The notes under the pieces were generated by a model, which saw only the letters and a program-made list of their open reading frames with translations, was not told where the DNA came from and searched no databases. From the NCBI GenBank assembly GCA_963777505.1, contig CAVZQN010000004.1, forward strand, positions 1,600,001 through 1,664,000: a stretch of 64,000 nucleotides of DNA. The letters are read 5' to 3'. Numbering within the stretch: the first letter of the stretch is position 1; each line of letters starts with the position of its first letter. The stretch is from an uncultured bacterium. Its GTDB lineage: Bacteria > Acidobacteriota > HRBIN11 > JAKEFK01. Of the stretch, positions 39,373 to 49,555 are shown in pieces. A program made the position numbers and the translations under genes.

Positions 39373-40167
39373 TTAACGAAGCCGCCGAAATTGTGTAGGA
39401 GTCATGCCAGTAAAGCGTTTGAATATTTTTGTAAAGTGACTTTGATCACAAAATCCAGACGCTAACGCAATCTCCGCAATTGAATTGTGTCCGTGAAGTA
39501 AATTGCAGGCATGCTCAACTCTTAAGCTCCGTACATATTCTGCAACTGTCGTTCCATAGAATTTGCGGAAGGATCTAGCCAGATGAACAGGATGGACACC
39601 CGCGCCTAAGGCTAATTGTTTAAAAGAAAAATTCTCCACGAAACAATCCTGAAGATGAGCTTTCGTATCCTTCAACCATCGCGGGATTTCTTTCGAAGCG
39701 ATACGGAATTCTCTCAATCCCGCAGCCATTAATTCCATTGAAAGTCCTTCAATAGCAAGGCTTGAAAGATTGTCCGGAAATTTGAACTCCTGAAATATCC
39801 GCATAGCAATCAAAGAAGGTTTGATGCCGCATGAATTCCACGGTTGTGCATCCGACATTTCAGAAATTCCTTGAAAGAATTCGATATTAAAACACCGGCT
39901 CGGATTGTCATGAACGCGATCGGAATGGAGGTCTCCCGGTGGGTGAAATATGACTGTCCCGGGTTTGCAATTCAATGTACGGTTACGTCCGATTTCAGAA
40001 AAAGTCCCTTGCAAGACATAGCAAAAAAACGGCAGCTCGTGAAAATGTTTGGGAATAACCTCCCGGGCATCGTATCGGGTTTCGCACAACTGGATTCCGC
40101 CCGTTTTATGCAGGCTGGTTATAGTTCCAAAGTACTGCCCTGAGCTTAAAACTCGATTCAATTCCAT
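39373..40167 (-). CDS. AraC-family transcriptional regulator (cupin sensor)
   Basis: H.H cupin; HPVHLARSFR; GFCDQSHFTKIFKR. Confidence 0.92.
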   Translation of the reverse strand: MELNRVLSSGQYFGTITSLHKTGGIQLCETRYDAREVIPKHFHELPFFCYVLQGTFSEIGRNRTLNCKPGTVIFHPPGDLHSDRVHDNPSRCFNIEFFQGISEMSDAQPWNSCGIKPSLIAMRIFQEFKFPDNLSSLAIEGLSMELMAAGLREFRIASKEIPRWLKDTKAHLQDCFVENFSFKQLALGAGVHPVHLARSFRKFYGTTVAEYVRSLRVEHACNLLHGHNSIAEIALASGFCDQSHFTKIFKRFTGMTPTQFRRLR

Positions 40168-40252
40168 TGTTATTGGCTCACCAAAAAGTTTACAGCATAC
40201 AAGACAAAAACCCTTCCGATATTTAGACTGATTCTCCAGCAAAGAGGTTGGG

Positions 40253-42292
40253 ATGAAATACGTCATCATTGCTCTTTTAACTTTAAACGCCGCCACCGCT
40301 TCAGCAATTGAGATTTCTGAATTTCCTCATTATGAAATGGACGTTCATCTCACTCCTTCGGATCAAACGATCAGAACTGAAGGCATCATTACACTGCCAA
40401 AAAATAGTGAATCGATGACAGTTTTGAAGCTTGCGTTAAGTGAACAAATCGAGGATCTTCGCGTTGAAGTGTTATCGCCTCCTGATTGTGCAGGGGTCGC
40501 GATGTTTGAAAAAAAAGAAACCCGCCGCCCTTGGTCGCGCGATGGATGGGAAATAAATACCTGGCATTTTCAATTACCGAAACAATTACCGGCGGGGTCG
40601 CAATTAAAAGCAAAATTTTCTTATCAAGGTAAATTTACACAAAGCAGCTTTATATTTTCGCTTCAAAAAGACGTGATGTTCGGATCTGGCATCGGCACGG
40701 CATGGTACCCACAATTTGAAGAAGCTGATGCAACTACACGATTGAAAGGATTGCGATCTACAGGAAGACTTCAATTTCATGTGCCACCCGGACTGATTGT
40801 TCATTCAGCGGGAAAGTTGGTGAGTTCAGTTGAAAATCAAAAGCAAGGCAAATTTGAATTTGAAAATTCCAATCCTGTCTTTTTTTCATTTGCCGCTGCA
40901 AAGTTTTTCCATGTGATGGCACAGGGGAATCCTCCAGTCAGCGGCTATTTATTAAGGGAAAGGAAAAATATTAACGAATATTTGAACAAATGCTCACGCA
41001 TTATGAAAGTCCTTACAGATGAGTTTGGGCCCAGTCCGCTCAGTCCGGAATTTGCGATTGTGGAATTGCCATCAGAGCAATCGAATGATGCAGGGTTTGC
41101 TGGAGCCAGTCTGGATGGATTCATGCTTTCAACCACCGATTTTCTGGACCAGCCGTTCAACACTGCATATTACGGTCATGAAGTGGGTCATCAATGGTGG
41201 GGTGGGCTTGTTCGTGTCAACGGAACATCAGGAATCTGGATGTTGCAGGAAGGACTTGCCCAGTATGGCTCCTTGCGTGCGGTTGAAATCATTGAAGGCC
41301 CGGAAAAAGCAAAACAGTATCGCACTAAGTATTATCCGGGATACTTTGAATTTGAATCGTCCGGACCCGGTTATTTGCGTTTTGCTGCTGCAGGCTTAGA
41401 CAAACCACTGGCGCCATTGCCAAGAGAAGATCCAATCGCTCGAAGACTTTCAAATAGCAAAGGCATGTTTGTATGGGACATGCTTGCACAAGAAGCAGGC
41501 CGCGACCGTTTCAATGAAGCTTTAAGAAACATCGCTAGAAAATATGCTTACAAAAGGATTCAATGGGAAGAATTTCTTCAGGAAATTGAAAACAGCGCCG
41601 GACGTGATCTATCGACATTTTATAAACAATGGTTCGACCAAACGGGTGCTCCATCGTGGAAATCAAAATGGTGGATGAATGGCGAAAATCTTGAAGTTGA
41701 AATACGTCAGGATCTGCCGCATTTTCAAGTTAAAGTTCCTGTTGTGATGCGCGGAGAAGGCAAAGAAAAAAGAGAGACAATCGAACTCAAAGGTGAAATA
41801 TCTAAATTTACGATGCCAGTTTCATTCCAACCTGAGTCAGTTGAGATTGATCCCGATTTCACAGTTCTGCATTGGACTCCGCAACTCCGCGATGAAGCCA
41901 ATGCATTAATTCCATATACACGTGGATTCATGAAGTTCGTAGACGGCAACGCAAAAGAGGCAGAAGAAGAATTTCGTGCAGGGCTCAATCAGATTCCGGT
42001 TCCAGATCAACATGGTTTAGAGTTTTTACTTCGTTATGGTTGGAGCCAGGCCGCTCTGGATCAAGATCGTGTGGATGAATCCCTGAAGCAAATTCAAGCT
42101 GCTGTATCCTGCAAGACCCGTCGTCCTGAACTTCTTCCATGGGCGTATCTTCATCTTGCATTGGTTGCAAAAAAGATGGGGAATCAAGTTCTCTTAGAAG
42201 ACGCTGTGCAAAGTGTGAATGATGCCGACAAAGTTACAAAGACAGGCGCAGCAGAACAAGCCATTCAACTATTGAATCGCAAAGATCGCTAG
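40253..42292 (+). CDS. Secreted M1-family zinc aminopeptidase with TPR-like tail
   Basis: Signal peptide; HEVGHQWWG...LQEGLAQY. Confidence 0.85.
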   Translation: MKYVIIALLTLNAATASAIEISEFPHYEMDVHLTPSDQTIRTEGIITLPKNSESMTVLKLALSEQIEDLRVEVLSPPDCAGVAMFEKKETRRPWSRDGWEINTWHFQLPKQLPAGSQLKAKFSYQGKFTQSSFIFSLQKDVMFGSGIGTAWYPQFEEADATTRLKGLRSTGRLQFHVPPGLIVHSAGKLVSSVENQKQGKFEFENSNPVFFSFAAAKFFHVMAQGNPPVSGYLLRERKNINEYLNKCSRIMKVLTDEFGPSPLSPEFAIVELPSEQSNDAGFAGASLDGFMLSTTDFLDQPFNTAYYGHEVGHQWWGGLVRVNGTSGIWMLQEGLAQYGSLRAVEIIEGPEKAKQYRTKYYPGYFEFESSGPGYLRFAAAGLDKPLAPLPREDPIARRLSNSKGMFVWDMLAQEAGRDRFNEALRNIARKYAYKRIQWEEFLQEIENSAGRDLSTFYKQWFDQTGAPSWKSKWWMNGENLEVEIRQDLPHFQVKVPVVMRGEGKEKRETIELKGEISKFTMPVSFQPESVEIDPDFTVLHWTPQLRDEANALIPYTRGFMKFVDGNAKEAEEEFRAGLNQIPVPDQHGLEFLLRYGWSQAALDQDRVDESLKQIQAAVSCKTRRPELLPWAYLHLALVAKKMGNQVLLEDAVQSVNDADKVTKTGAAEQAIQLLNRKDR

Positions 42293-42304
42293 TAATAACG
42301 AGGC

Positions 42305-43025
42305 CTACCGCGCCGCAGCTATATCCTTGGAGTTCATGTCGATGGTGATGGTCCATCCTGAGGTACCACGAAAGTCGAACGGTGCTGGCTTGGGTCCGCG
42401 ACGATAGGCGATAAATTGGACTGGCATGATATTAAACCCGTCATTTCGGGTAGAGCCGAAGTAGCTCATATTCTTAATGACGGTCGTACCTTCACCTGTG
42501 GCGCCAGGATTTCGAGTCAACACCACTTCAGCCGCCTTCCCGCCATCGAGCTTGGCCTCGGCGCGCACCGACTCTGCTTTGAAGTCAATCTTTGCATCGG
42601 GTCCTTCAGTGAAAGACGTCCACTTCAACGGCAGGAAATGGGACATGAACACGCGGATCGCTGCCCGTTGCTCTTTGGTCGCGGAAGGCTCGAATGTAAG
42701 TTCGACAGTCTTAACGTCGCCCTTGTCTCCCGCGAACCAAAACTTCAGCCCGTCCAGCCTCACCTTGCCATAATGCCCCTGATTCACCCGAAACGCCTGG
42801 TTGAAGTAACAGGACCTGTGTCCTCCATGCTCGTGGGTCGCAGCTGAGCCGACTGTCGCGGGCGAGCCGAAGATACACGGACACAGCATACGGCAGCTAC
42901 AGCCATCGATAATTGTTGTATTCACCGCCCAGTCAACCAAGGCTTCTTTCGCAAGGGTCTGCGTCGCAAGAACCAGTGGTACAGAGAGCAACGACTATAC
43001 TAATGAGGATTTGATTTATTTTCAT
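42305..43025 (-). CDS. DUF1326-family Cys-rich exported protein; frame break near 42992 within the signal peptide
   Basis: CSCRMLCPC motif, GHYGKVRLDGL; GGAGG-ATG at 43025 joins the ORF if one base is removed. Confidence 0.72.
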
Positions 43026-43079
43026 ACTTCCTCCTTTTCGATCTCTGTCGCGAGTATAGTTTTTTCCCACATGGCTACT

Positions 43080-43096
43080 AGTACAACAAATGAACT
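43080..43096. promoter_or_regulatory. Putative HxlR operator AGTACA-N5-TGAACT
   Basis: Imperfect palindrome between divergent DUF1326 and HxlR genes. Confidence 0.5.
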
Positions 43097-43129
43097 GGTC
43101 GTAAATGATGGTGAGGTTATACTGGATTA

Positions 43130-43822
43130 ATGACCAAGTATGGTCAGTACTGTCCCACGGCGCGTGCTGCTGAGATTTTAGGCGATCGCTGGACGCTCCT
43201 GATTATTCGGGACTTGTTATGCGGTGTGAGCCACTTTAACGAATTGGAGCGCGGGCTTCCCGGGATCTCACGTGCGCTCCTTGCTGAACGGTTGCGCCAT
43301 TTGCAACAGGTTGGAATTGTAATACGTAAAGACGTTCGCGACCGACAGCGAACCAGCTATCAGCTTACCAGGGCAGGAATAGAACTTAAAGAACCGGTGA
43401 ATTCCATGACGCAGTGGGGTGCAAAGTGGGCCTTCGGTGAACCGGAGCCGGCAGAACTTGATCCGGTTTTGCTTTTGTGGTGGATGCGAAATCGAGTTTA
43501 CTTTGAACGTCTGCCCAAAAAACAGATCGTAGTGGAATTTGTGTTTCGTCCCATGCACAAAAGAAAGTACTGGCTCATCTTAAAACCTGACGATGTTTCG
43601 CTTTGCCTTCAGTATCCCGGTTTTGAGAGTGACTTGCTTGTAAATGCGGATCTGTCGGCCTTTTACCAGGTGTGGCTTGGACGTAACACTTTTGGAAATG
43701 CATTGCGGAATCGAAGTATCGAAATTGTCGGAATACCATCGCTCGTCCGCGGGTTCCCACGCTGGTTTGCTCTAAGCCCAGTTGCGGAACTGGTACGAAA
43801 AACAGAAAAATTTCAGAAGTAA
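43130..43822 (+). CDS. HxlR-family winged-helix regulator with C-terminal SCP2-like domain
   Basis: YGQYCP..RAAEILGDRWTLLI, PGISR, YQLT..G. Confidence 0.9.
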   Translation: MTKYGQYCPTARAAEILGDRWTLLIIRDLLCGVSHFNELERGLPGISRALLAERLRHLQQVGIVIRKDVRDRQRTSYQLTRAGIELKEPVNSMTQWGAKWAFGEPEPAELDPVLLLWWMRNRVYFERLPKKQIVVEFVFRPMHKRKYWLILKPDDVSLCLQYPGFESDLLVNADLSAFYQVWLGRNTFGNALRNRSIEIVGIPSLVRGFPRWFALSPVAELVRKTEKFQK

Positions 43823-43886
43823 GAGTATATTTGCGATCCGAATCTTCGCCATAATCGAATTAAAGTTAGCGCCTCGAGACGTGCTC

Positions 43887-45335
43887 CTATTTTCTCTTAT
43901 AAATAGTGTAAGAGCCGTACCGGCTCTGGATGGTTTTTACCGGTACGTAATGCTGCATCAAATCCGAATCTTTCAAGTTCAAGGATCGCGCTTGACCCGC
44001 GCTGAATGCAAAATAGTCGGGATGAAATGCCCGGATCGGGCCGAGAAAATCGCCTCTGGCTCTGTATTCGATACACTGCGGGGAGACCAGGCCGGCCAGA
44101 TCCAGAATGTAGCGCCGGGAATAATAGCCGAGATAGCCGATATCTTTGATCGCAAGCACTGAATGCGGAGGAGTATTCTCGTTTACCCATTCGCCTGCAG
44201 CGCGGTTGACTGTCTCATAATGATGCTGTTGATATTGTAAATCCAGCACTCGATAGTACGATATCAATAGTATTATTGGTATAGAGCTCAGTGCCGCCAC
44301 GTGAATTAGGATCTCTCTTTTCTTGAAAAGGTAAAGCAGCCCCAGCCAGATGAGGGGAAGGTATGCAGCGTAGAAAGGGGCATAGTACCAGGGATGCATA
44401 GGACCTGCAGCGGCGGTGTACGAAATAGCATAACCGGCGGCCCAAATCGGAATCAACAGAAGATTTCGGTGATTCTTCCAGACATTCCATGAGCCTAGCA
44501 AAGCAAGGACCAGGAACGGGATTCCAACAGTATTCAGGTGCAGAAATCCGCGAAGCAGAATTTCGTAAATTGCATTTCCTTCAGATTTTTCCGCAAGCGC
44601 CCATTTTGCGGCAGCCGAATTCGGGATCGGGGAACCGAACATGAGGAAGCCGAACAGAATCATCGGTATTAGCGCAACAAATGCAATGAAAAGAGGCTTC
44701 AGCGGTAATTTACGTTTTTGCAGGAAATAACAAACAGTAAGTCCGGCAAGTACGGCAATTCCATCTACTCGCGTCCAAACCGCAAAGGCGCCGCATAGGA
44801 AAGCTGCAGTCCATTTTTCTCGAGACGATAAAAGAATCGCGGCAAACAGCCAGGCAATCGATAATTGAGTTTCCATACCCGACAGGGACCACTGTAAAGT
44901 TTCGGGTCCGAACAGGAAGAGGAATGCAGGAACCCATCGAGACGGGCCGGGCGCATGAGAAAAAATTTGCAATAATATCCAACCGATAAAACAATCGGCT
45001 GCCAGAGAAATAATGAATGCCGCGGAAATACTGGAGATCCCGATTTTGACAAACAGTGCGATGATCAACCCTTCAAGCATGGTTGACGTGCCAAGTACTT
45101 TTTCACCCGCGTTATAAACGAATCCCACACCGGATGCCAGATTTTCTGCATAACGAAAAGTGATCAGGGCATCATCGGCAGTGTACCTGATGGTGAAAAA
45201 CAGGTAGATGCGGATCACAGCCGCGGATATTAGCAGAACGGCTATCAGGTATTTCGGAACGTGGGTCTCGGAATGGATCGATTGATGAAGTTGGTGCGGG
45301 TTCTCCGAAGCACTTGATGCTGCTTCAGGATGCAT
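43887..45335 (-). CDS. GT-C-fold membrane glycosyltransferase (AftB-like)
   Basis: DDALITFRYAENL..G.G..YN, SGMET, TR.DG, D..GL; many TMs. Confidence 0.75.
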   Translation of the reverse strand: MHPEAASSASENPHQLHQSIHSETHVPKYLIAVLLISAAVIRIYLFFTIRYTADDALITFRYAENLASGVGFVYNAGEKVLGTSTMLEGLIIALFVKIGISSISAAFIISLAADCFIGWILLQIFSHAPGPSRWVPAFLFLFGPETLQWSLSGMETQLSIAWLFAAILLSSREKWTAAFLCGAFAVWTRVDGIAVLAGLTVCYFLQKRKLPLKPLFIAFVALIPMILFGFLMFGSPIPNSAAAKWALAEKSEGNAIYEILLRGFLHLNTVGIPFLVLALLGSWNVWKNHRNLLLIPIWAAGYAISYTAAAGPMHPWYYAPFYAAYLPLIWLGLLYLFKKREILIHVAALSSIPIILLISYYRVLDLQYQQHHYETVNRAAGEWVNENTPPHSVLAIKDIGYLGYYSRRYILDLAGLVSPQCIEYRARGDFLGPIRAFHPDYFAFSAGQARSLNLKDSDLMQHYVPVKTIQSRYGSYTIYKRK

Positions 45336-46098
45336 GAGCCAATGTTTCCGGCTTTATTGAGTTATGAATCACCGCAAAATTCTTGTATTTGAAGTTTTCC
45401 AGCTTGTGCTGATATGCAGGTATTTTCTTAAGTCCGGAATCAAGAATCTTGTAGATCGAATAATTTTCTATTTTTGAAAAGAAATCGAAAAAGTCCTTCA
45501 ATAACACCCTGGAATCTATGTTGCAGCGGCTGTATTCGAATTGAATCCTCAAAATCTTTTCAGCATCGATCATCTTCTGCGCACCTTTGAGGATTGGCAG
45601 CTCATGTCCTTCGACATCCAATTTCAGAAAATCGATTGATGCGATTTCGTGGTTCTTACAATAGTTATCCAGAGTATCCAGTTCAACCGGTATCCTTTGA
45701 TTGGATTCAATATATGACTCGTCTTTGGGTGAAACTCTTTCAAAGGAAGCAGAGCGGGCATCGATAAATCTTGTTCCCGGCTGTGAGGAAAAGCCGAGGA
45801 GGTTTAGGTGGACATTATTCGGAAAGGCGGCGAGTTGAAGGCGGCGATACATTTCCGGAAGTGGTTCGAAAGAATGGATTATGGCAGCAGGATTGAGAGC
45901 GAGAGCCATGCGCGTCCAGTTCCCTTCGTTTGCTCCCACATCGAAAATAATCGAACAATCTGAGATTTGAGATTTTAGGAAAGCGAATTCACCGTTTGTG
46001 TGGAAATTTCCGTTGTTTTCTCCATCCATCCAATTACAATATCGCCGGAAGAGGTAATACAATTTTTGGGATCGGGGGGCAAATCGGCTAAATTTCAT
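45325..46098 (-). CDS. FkbM-family methyltransferase
   Basis: FDVGANEG, SFEP, LKLDVEGHE, IQFE. Confidence 0.9.
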   Translation of the reverse strand: MKFSRFAPRSQKLYYLFRRYCNWMDGENNGNFHTNGEFAFLKSQISDCSIIFDVGANEGNWTRMALALNPAAIIHSFEPLPEMYRRLQLAAFPNNVHLNLLGFSSQPGTRFIDARSASFERVSPKDESYIESNQRIPVELDTLDNYCKNHEIASIDFLKLDVEGHELPILKGAQKMIDAEKILRIQFEYSRCNIDSRVLLKDFFDFFSKIENYSIYKILDSGLKKIPAYQHKLENFKYKNFAVIHNSIKPETLAHAS

Positions 46099-46210
46099 GC
46101 ACGTCGCAATGTGAACACATAGGAAAGCAAAATGCCTCTATCTTGTCAAGAATGCTTGGTTGTTGTTTCAGTCGCGCGATCAAAAAGCTTAGCGATCGGG
46201 CAATTTATCA

Positions 46211-46275
46211 TGTAAAGCATACTTGACTTATTGTAAAGGCTGCTTTATACTGATTTTTGTCAAGTTTACTTTACA
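46211..46275 (+). promoter_or_regulatory. sigma70 promoter overlapped by three TGTMAAG-N4-CTTKAYA-like operators
   Basis: TTGACT(46223)-17-TATACT(46246); palindromes at 46211, 46232 and 46258. Confidence 0.7.
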
Positions 46276-46286
46276 AGAGGGTGACA

Positions 46287-46685
46287 ATGACTTTACTTGA
46301 AATTGATAAGAAGCAAATTTTCAGATTCACAGCGCTCTGTCTTGTTGGCTCTGTCGCAATTTTGGTCGCGCTATACATTGCAATCTGGTTCATCGATTCC
46401 CATCCTGGGGACTCAGTCAATCTTTGGATTGCAACATTTCCAATTGTTGGATTGCTTTTTCTCACTGTTCTTGCGATGCGTAGTCTACGCGGCATGGATG
46501 AACTGCACCAGAAGATACATACAGAGGCAATGGCATTTGGGTTTCTTGCAAGTTTCCTGATTATCACTAGTTGTGGTTTTCTCGCACTGGCAGGTTTCCT
46601 GAAAATGACGCTTGACTGGATGGCACCAACCATGATCATTAGCTGGATTGTCGGGTTGCTCATCGCATTATTGCGGTATCGTTGA
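46287..46685 (+). CDS. Small 4-TM membrane protein
   Basis: GAGGG SD before ATG 46287; 'MDELHQKI..EA' motif of membrane partners of XRE regulators. Confidence 0.75.
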   Translation: MTLLEIDKKQIFRFTALCLVGSVAILVALYIAIWFIDSHPGDSVNLWIATFPIVGLLFLTVLAMRSLRGMDELHQKIHTEAMAFGFLASFLIITSCGFLALAGFLKMTLDWMAPTMIISWIVGLLIALLRYR

Positions 46686-46696
46686 GGCCTGCTGAT

Positions 46697-46891
46697 ATGA
46701 AGAATCGACTGAAAGTATTGCGCGCAGAAAGAGATTGGTCACAAGCCGATCTCGCTAAAAAACTCAAAGTTTCCCGCCAGACTGTAAATGCGATCGAGAC
46801 CGGAAAATATGATCCGAGTTTGCCACTTGCCTTCAACATCGCACGATTATTTGGACTGCTGATCGAAGAAATCTTTCAACCAGATTCTTGA
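46697..46891 (+). CDS. XRE/Cro-C1 helix-turn-helix regulator
   Basis: MKNRLKVLRAERDWSQADLA..VSRQTVNAIETGKYDPSL. Confidence 0.93.
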   Translation: MKNRLKVLRAERDWSQADLAKKLKVSRQTVNAIETGKYDPSLPLAFNIARLFGLLIEEIFQPDS

Positions 46892-46972
46892 GCATTCTAG
46901 TATTTGAATCACACGAATCGCAGAGTATCAACGGATTCAATAAGACATCTCGGCGTACTCGGCGTTAAAAAA

Positions 46973-48137
46973 CTAACGCTGATCGCGTGCGACGAATTTC
47001 AGATCGATGGGGCCACTATATTCAGAAGCGGGTCTGATCAAACGATTTTCTGATTGTTGTTCCAAAACATGAGCAGTCCAACCTGCGATCCTGCCTGCAG
47101 CAAACAATGAAGAAAATTGATCAGGTGTGAGGCCGATACTTTGCAGAACAAGTGCGGTATAAAACTCAACATTAGTATTCAAATTCCTTCCTGGTTTGAC
47201 TTCATCTAATACGCGCAAAGCAGTTTTTTCTACACCAGTTGCCAGCTCAGTTAATTGGCGATCAATATTTGCGGATTTTCCAAGTTCTTCTACTGCAGCT
47301 TTCAGCACATTCGCGCGCGGATCACGCACTTTGTATACGCGATGTCCAAAGCCCATAATGCGTTTTCCTGCTGCGAGTTGTTCGCGTACCCAGGATTCTG
47401 CGCGATCCAAAGTCTTAATTTCCAGAAGCATATCCAGAACAGGGCCTGGTGCGCCTCCATGAAGTGGACCTTTCAAAGCTCCAATGGCGCCTGTAACAGC
47501 GGAATACATATCTGACTGTGTTGAAGCGATCACGCGTGCTGTAAAAGTGCTAGCATTCATTCCGTGATCGATCACGGTTGTCCAATATGTATCAAGCGCA
47601 TGAGCTGCTTCGGGGGCTGGAATTCGATCATTGAGCATGTAAAGGAAATTGGCTGCGCGATCCAATTCAGGTTTTGGTGGTACAGGATTTAAACCCCGTC
47701 TGAACCTGTCATGCGCAGCTACAATCACTGGAATTTGTGCTGTGAGACGTTTGGCTCGCTGTAGATTCGCTTCAATGGATTCATCATTCACCGCAGGATC
47801 ATTAATTGATAAAACACCTGCAGCCATTCTTAACGCATCCATTGATGGGGCGTTTCTGGCGGCTTGCAATAACATGATCGCCGCATCCGGAATCGTCCGT
47901 AGTTCTCTGAGCTCTTCACTCAGCGCTTCATATTCTGCCTGTGTCGGTAGTGAAGGATGTTTGCCCTGGGCTGCATTCCACAATATGTAAGCTACTTCTT
48001 CAAAAGTTGCTTTACCTGCAATCTCTTCCAGTGGATAGCCGCCAATGATGAGTTGTCCGGCTTGACCATCAACATGGCTAATCCGCGTGGTTGTTGCGAC
48101 TACGCCTTCCAGACCTTTCTTTGCTTGTGTACTTCAT
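46973..48137 (-). CDS. Citrate/2-methylcitrate synthase; frame break just after the start codon
   Basis: DHGMNAST, GPLHGGA, MGFGHRVY..DPR, NVEFY; upstream KGLEGVV...SHVDG is in frame, and ATG 48137 is one base out. Confidence 0.88.
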
Positions 48138-48142
48138 AATTT

Positions 48143-48230
48143 CAAGATTAAAAATGAAAGATAAAAAATAAAAAATAAGGACTTAAAGCGGCACTAATTT
48201 TTGATCTTTTATTTTTGATTTTTAATTTTT
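48143..48230. repeat. Inverted heptamer array
   Basis: AAAAATG AAAGATA AAAAATA... then AATTTTT GATCTTT TATTTTT GATTTTT; same family as 3826-3908. Confidence 0.7.
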
Positions 48231-49412
48231 TTTACGTTCGGGGTTAAAAAATGGCAGTTTAACTATATCAGCAAAGACTTTTTTCCTTTGATATTCAACA
48301 GTCATTTCCATTTGAATTGTTTTACCAGGTTCAGCGAACTGTTTCTCAACGGTGCCAATGGCAATATATTTCTTTAGCACGGGAGACCAACATCCACTCG
48401 TTGCTTTCCCTATTTGACGATATTCATTATAAAGTGGAATGCCACCCCGCCATGAGGCAGACGGCACCTGGGGAGGTAATCCGTCCTCCTGATAAACACG
48501 TTCAAGTTCGTCCCATCGGATATCAAGCCCAATCAAATCTCGTGCTACACCTTTCTGTTTGTCTTCAATGAGCTTCTTTTTGCCAACAAAATTTTGTTTG
48601 TCCAAATGAACTGTCCAACCGAGTCCGATTTCGTAAGGACTGTATCTTTGAGATTCAATGATTGCTTTTTCGGCACTGATGTAATCGACTTCAATCAAAA
48701 CAAATCCAGCTTCGATTCGGGTTATATCGAGTGCAATATTTCCCGCAGGTGTAATTCCATACGGATGACCGGCTTCCATTACCATGTCATAAACTTTTAC
48801 TGCATGTTCAACTGGAACCCAGATTTCGTAACCCAGATCTCCTGTGAATCCCGTTCTGGAAATCATCAAAGGAATTTTTTCAACAGTGACATTTGTTAAA
48901 CGAAAAAACTTCAAAGCATCAACAGCATTACTGTTTGTCAAACTGCGGATTATTTCGCGGGAAAGTGGTCCCTGAAGTGCGAGTGCTGCATATTGATCGC
49001 TTACATCCTGAATCTCAACATCTAATCCGGATGCATTTAATTTCATCCAGCGGAACATAGGATCTGCGGTATTAAATCGGAAGTAATCATCAGTGATCCG
49101 GAAAACAGTACCGTCTTGTAATGTCTTTCCTGCTTCATCGCACCATGCAGAATAAACAGCTTGTCCTACTGCACATTTCTTCATGTTTCGCGTAACAATC
49201 CGATCACAAAGGCTGAGTGCACCTGGACCTTTAACGTCATATTTCAACATTGGAGTAATGTCGATCAAACCTGCTGAGTTGCGAATCGCATAATATTCAG
49301 TTTCATGATGCACTTCGTAGGAGCTTGGTACAAAGTATCCGGACCAATAGCGCCATTGCATGCTCTTCATGAGTTTTGATGTTCGTGGATAAAAAGCTGT
49401 TGGATCTGGCAT
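48222..49412 (-). CDS. GcvT-family (THF-binding) aminomethyltransferase/demethylase
   Basis: EYYAIRN.AGLID, ALQGP.SR, SRTGFTGDLGYE, RIEAG, PFFNPERK. Confidence 0.9.
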   Translation of the reverse strand: MPDPTAFYPRTSKLMKSMQWRYWSGYFVPSSYEVHHETEYYAIRNSAGLIDITPMLKYDVKGPGALSLCDRIVTRNMKKCAVGQAVYSAWCDEAGKTLQDGTVFRITDDYFRFNTADPMFRWMKLNASGLDVEIQDVSDQYAALALQGPLSREIIRSLTNSNAVDALKFFRLTNVTVEKIPLMISRTGFTGDLGYEIWVPVEHAVKVYDMVMEAGHPYGITPAGNIALDITRIEAGFVLIEVDYISAEKAIIESQRYSPYEIGLGWTVHLDKQNFVGKKKLIEDKQKGVARDLIGLDIRWDELERVYQEDGLPPQVPSASWRGGIPLYNEYRQIGKATSGCWSPVLKKYIAIGTVEKQFAEPGKTIQMEMTVEYQRKKVFADIVKLPFFNPERKKN

Positions 49413-49466
49413 GCGCTTATTCTTACAGCAAAAATACTAACTTTCAAGAGATCTCTTCAAAAAGTC

Positions 49467-49506
49467 ATGTTTCACATTGTGAAACATCGTTTCGAATGTT
49501 GAAACA
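49467..49506. promoter_or_regulatory. Tandem operator: perfect 21-bp palindrome plus a second GTTTC-N7-GAAAC
   Basis: ATGTTTCACA-T-TGTGAAACAT followed by CGTTTCGAATGTTGAAACA. Confidence 0.75.
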
Positions 49507-49555
49507 CGCGAAAAATCGTTCCTTTACATTTCAGAATCGTTTAGAATAGACGCCT

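Noticed and set aside
48222-49412. True glycine cleavage T protein (gcvT)
   Set aside because: No gcvH or gcvP adjacent; context with COG1233 flavoproteins points to a different GcvT-fold subfamily
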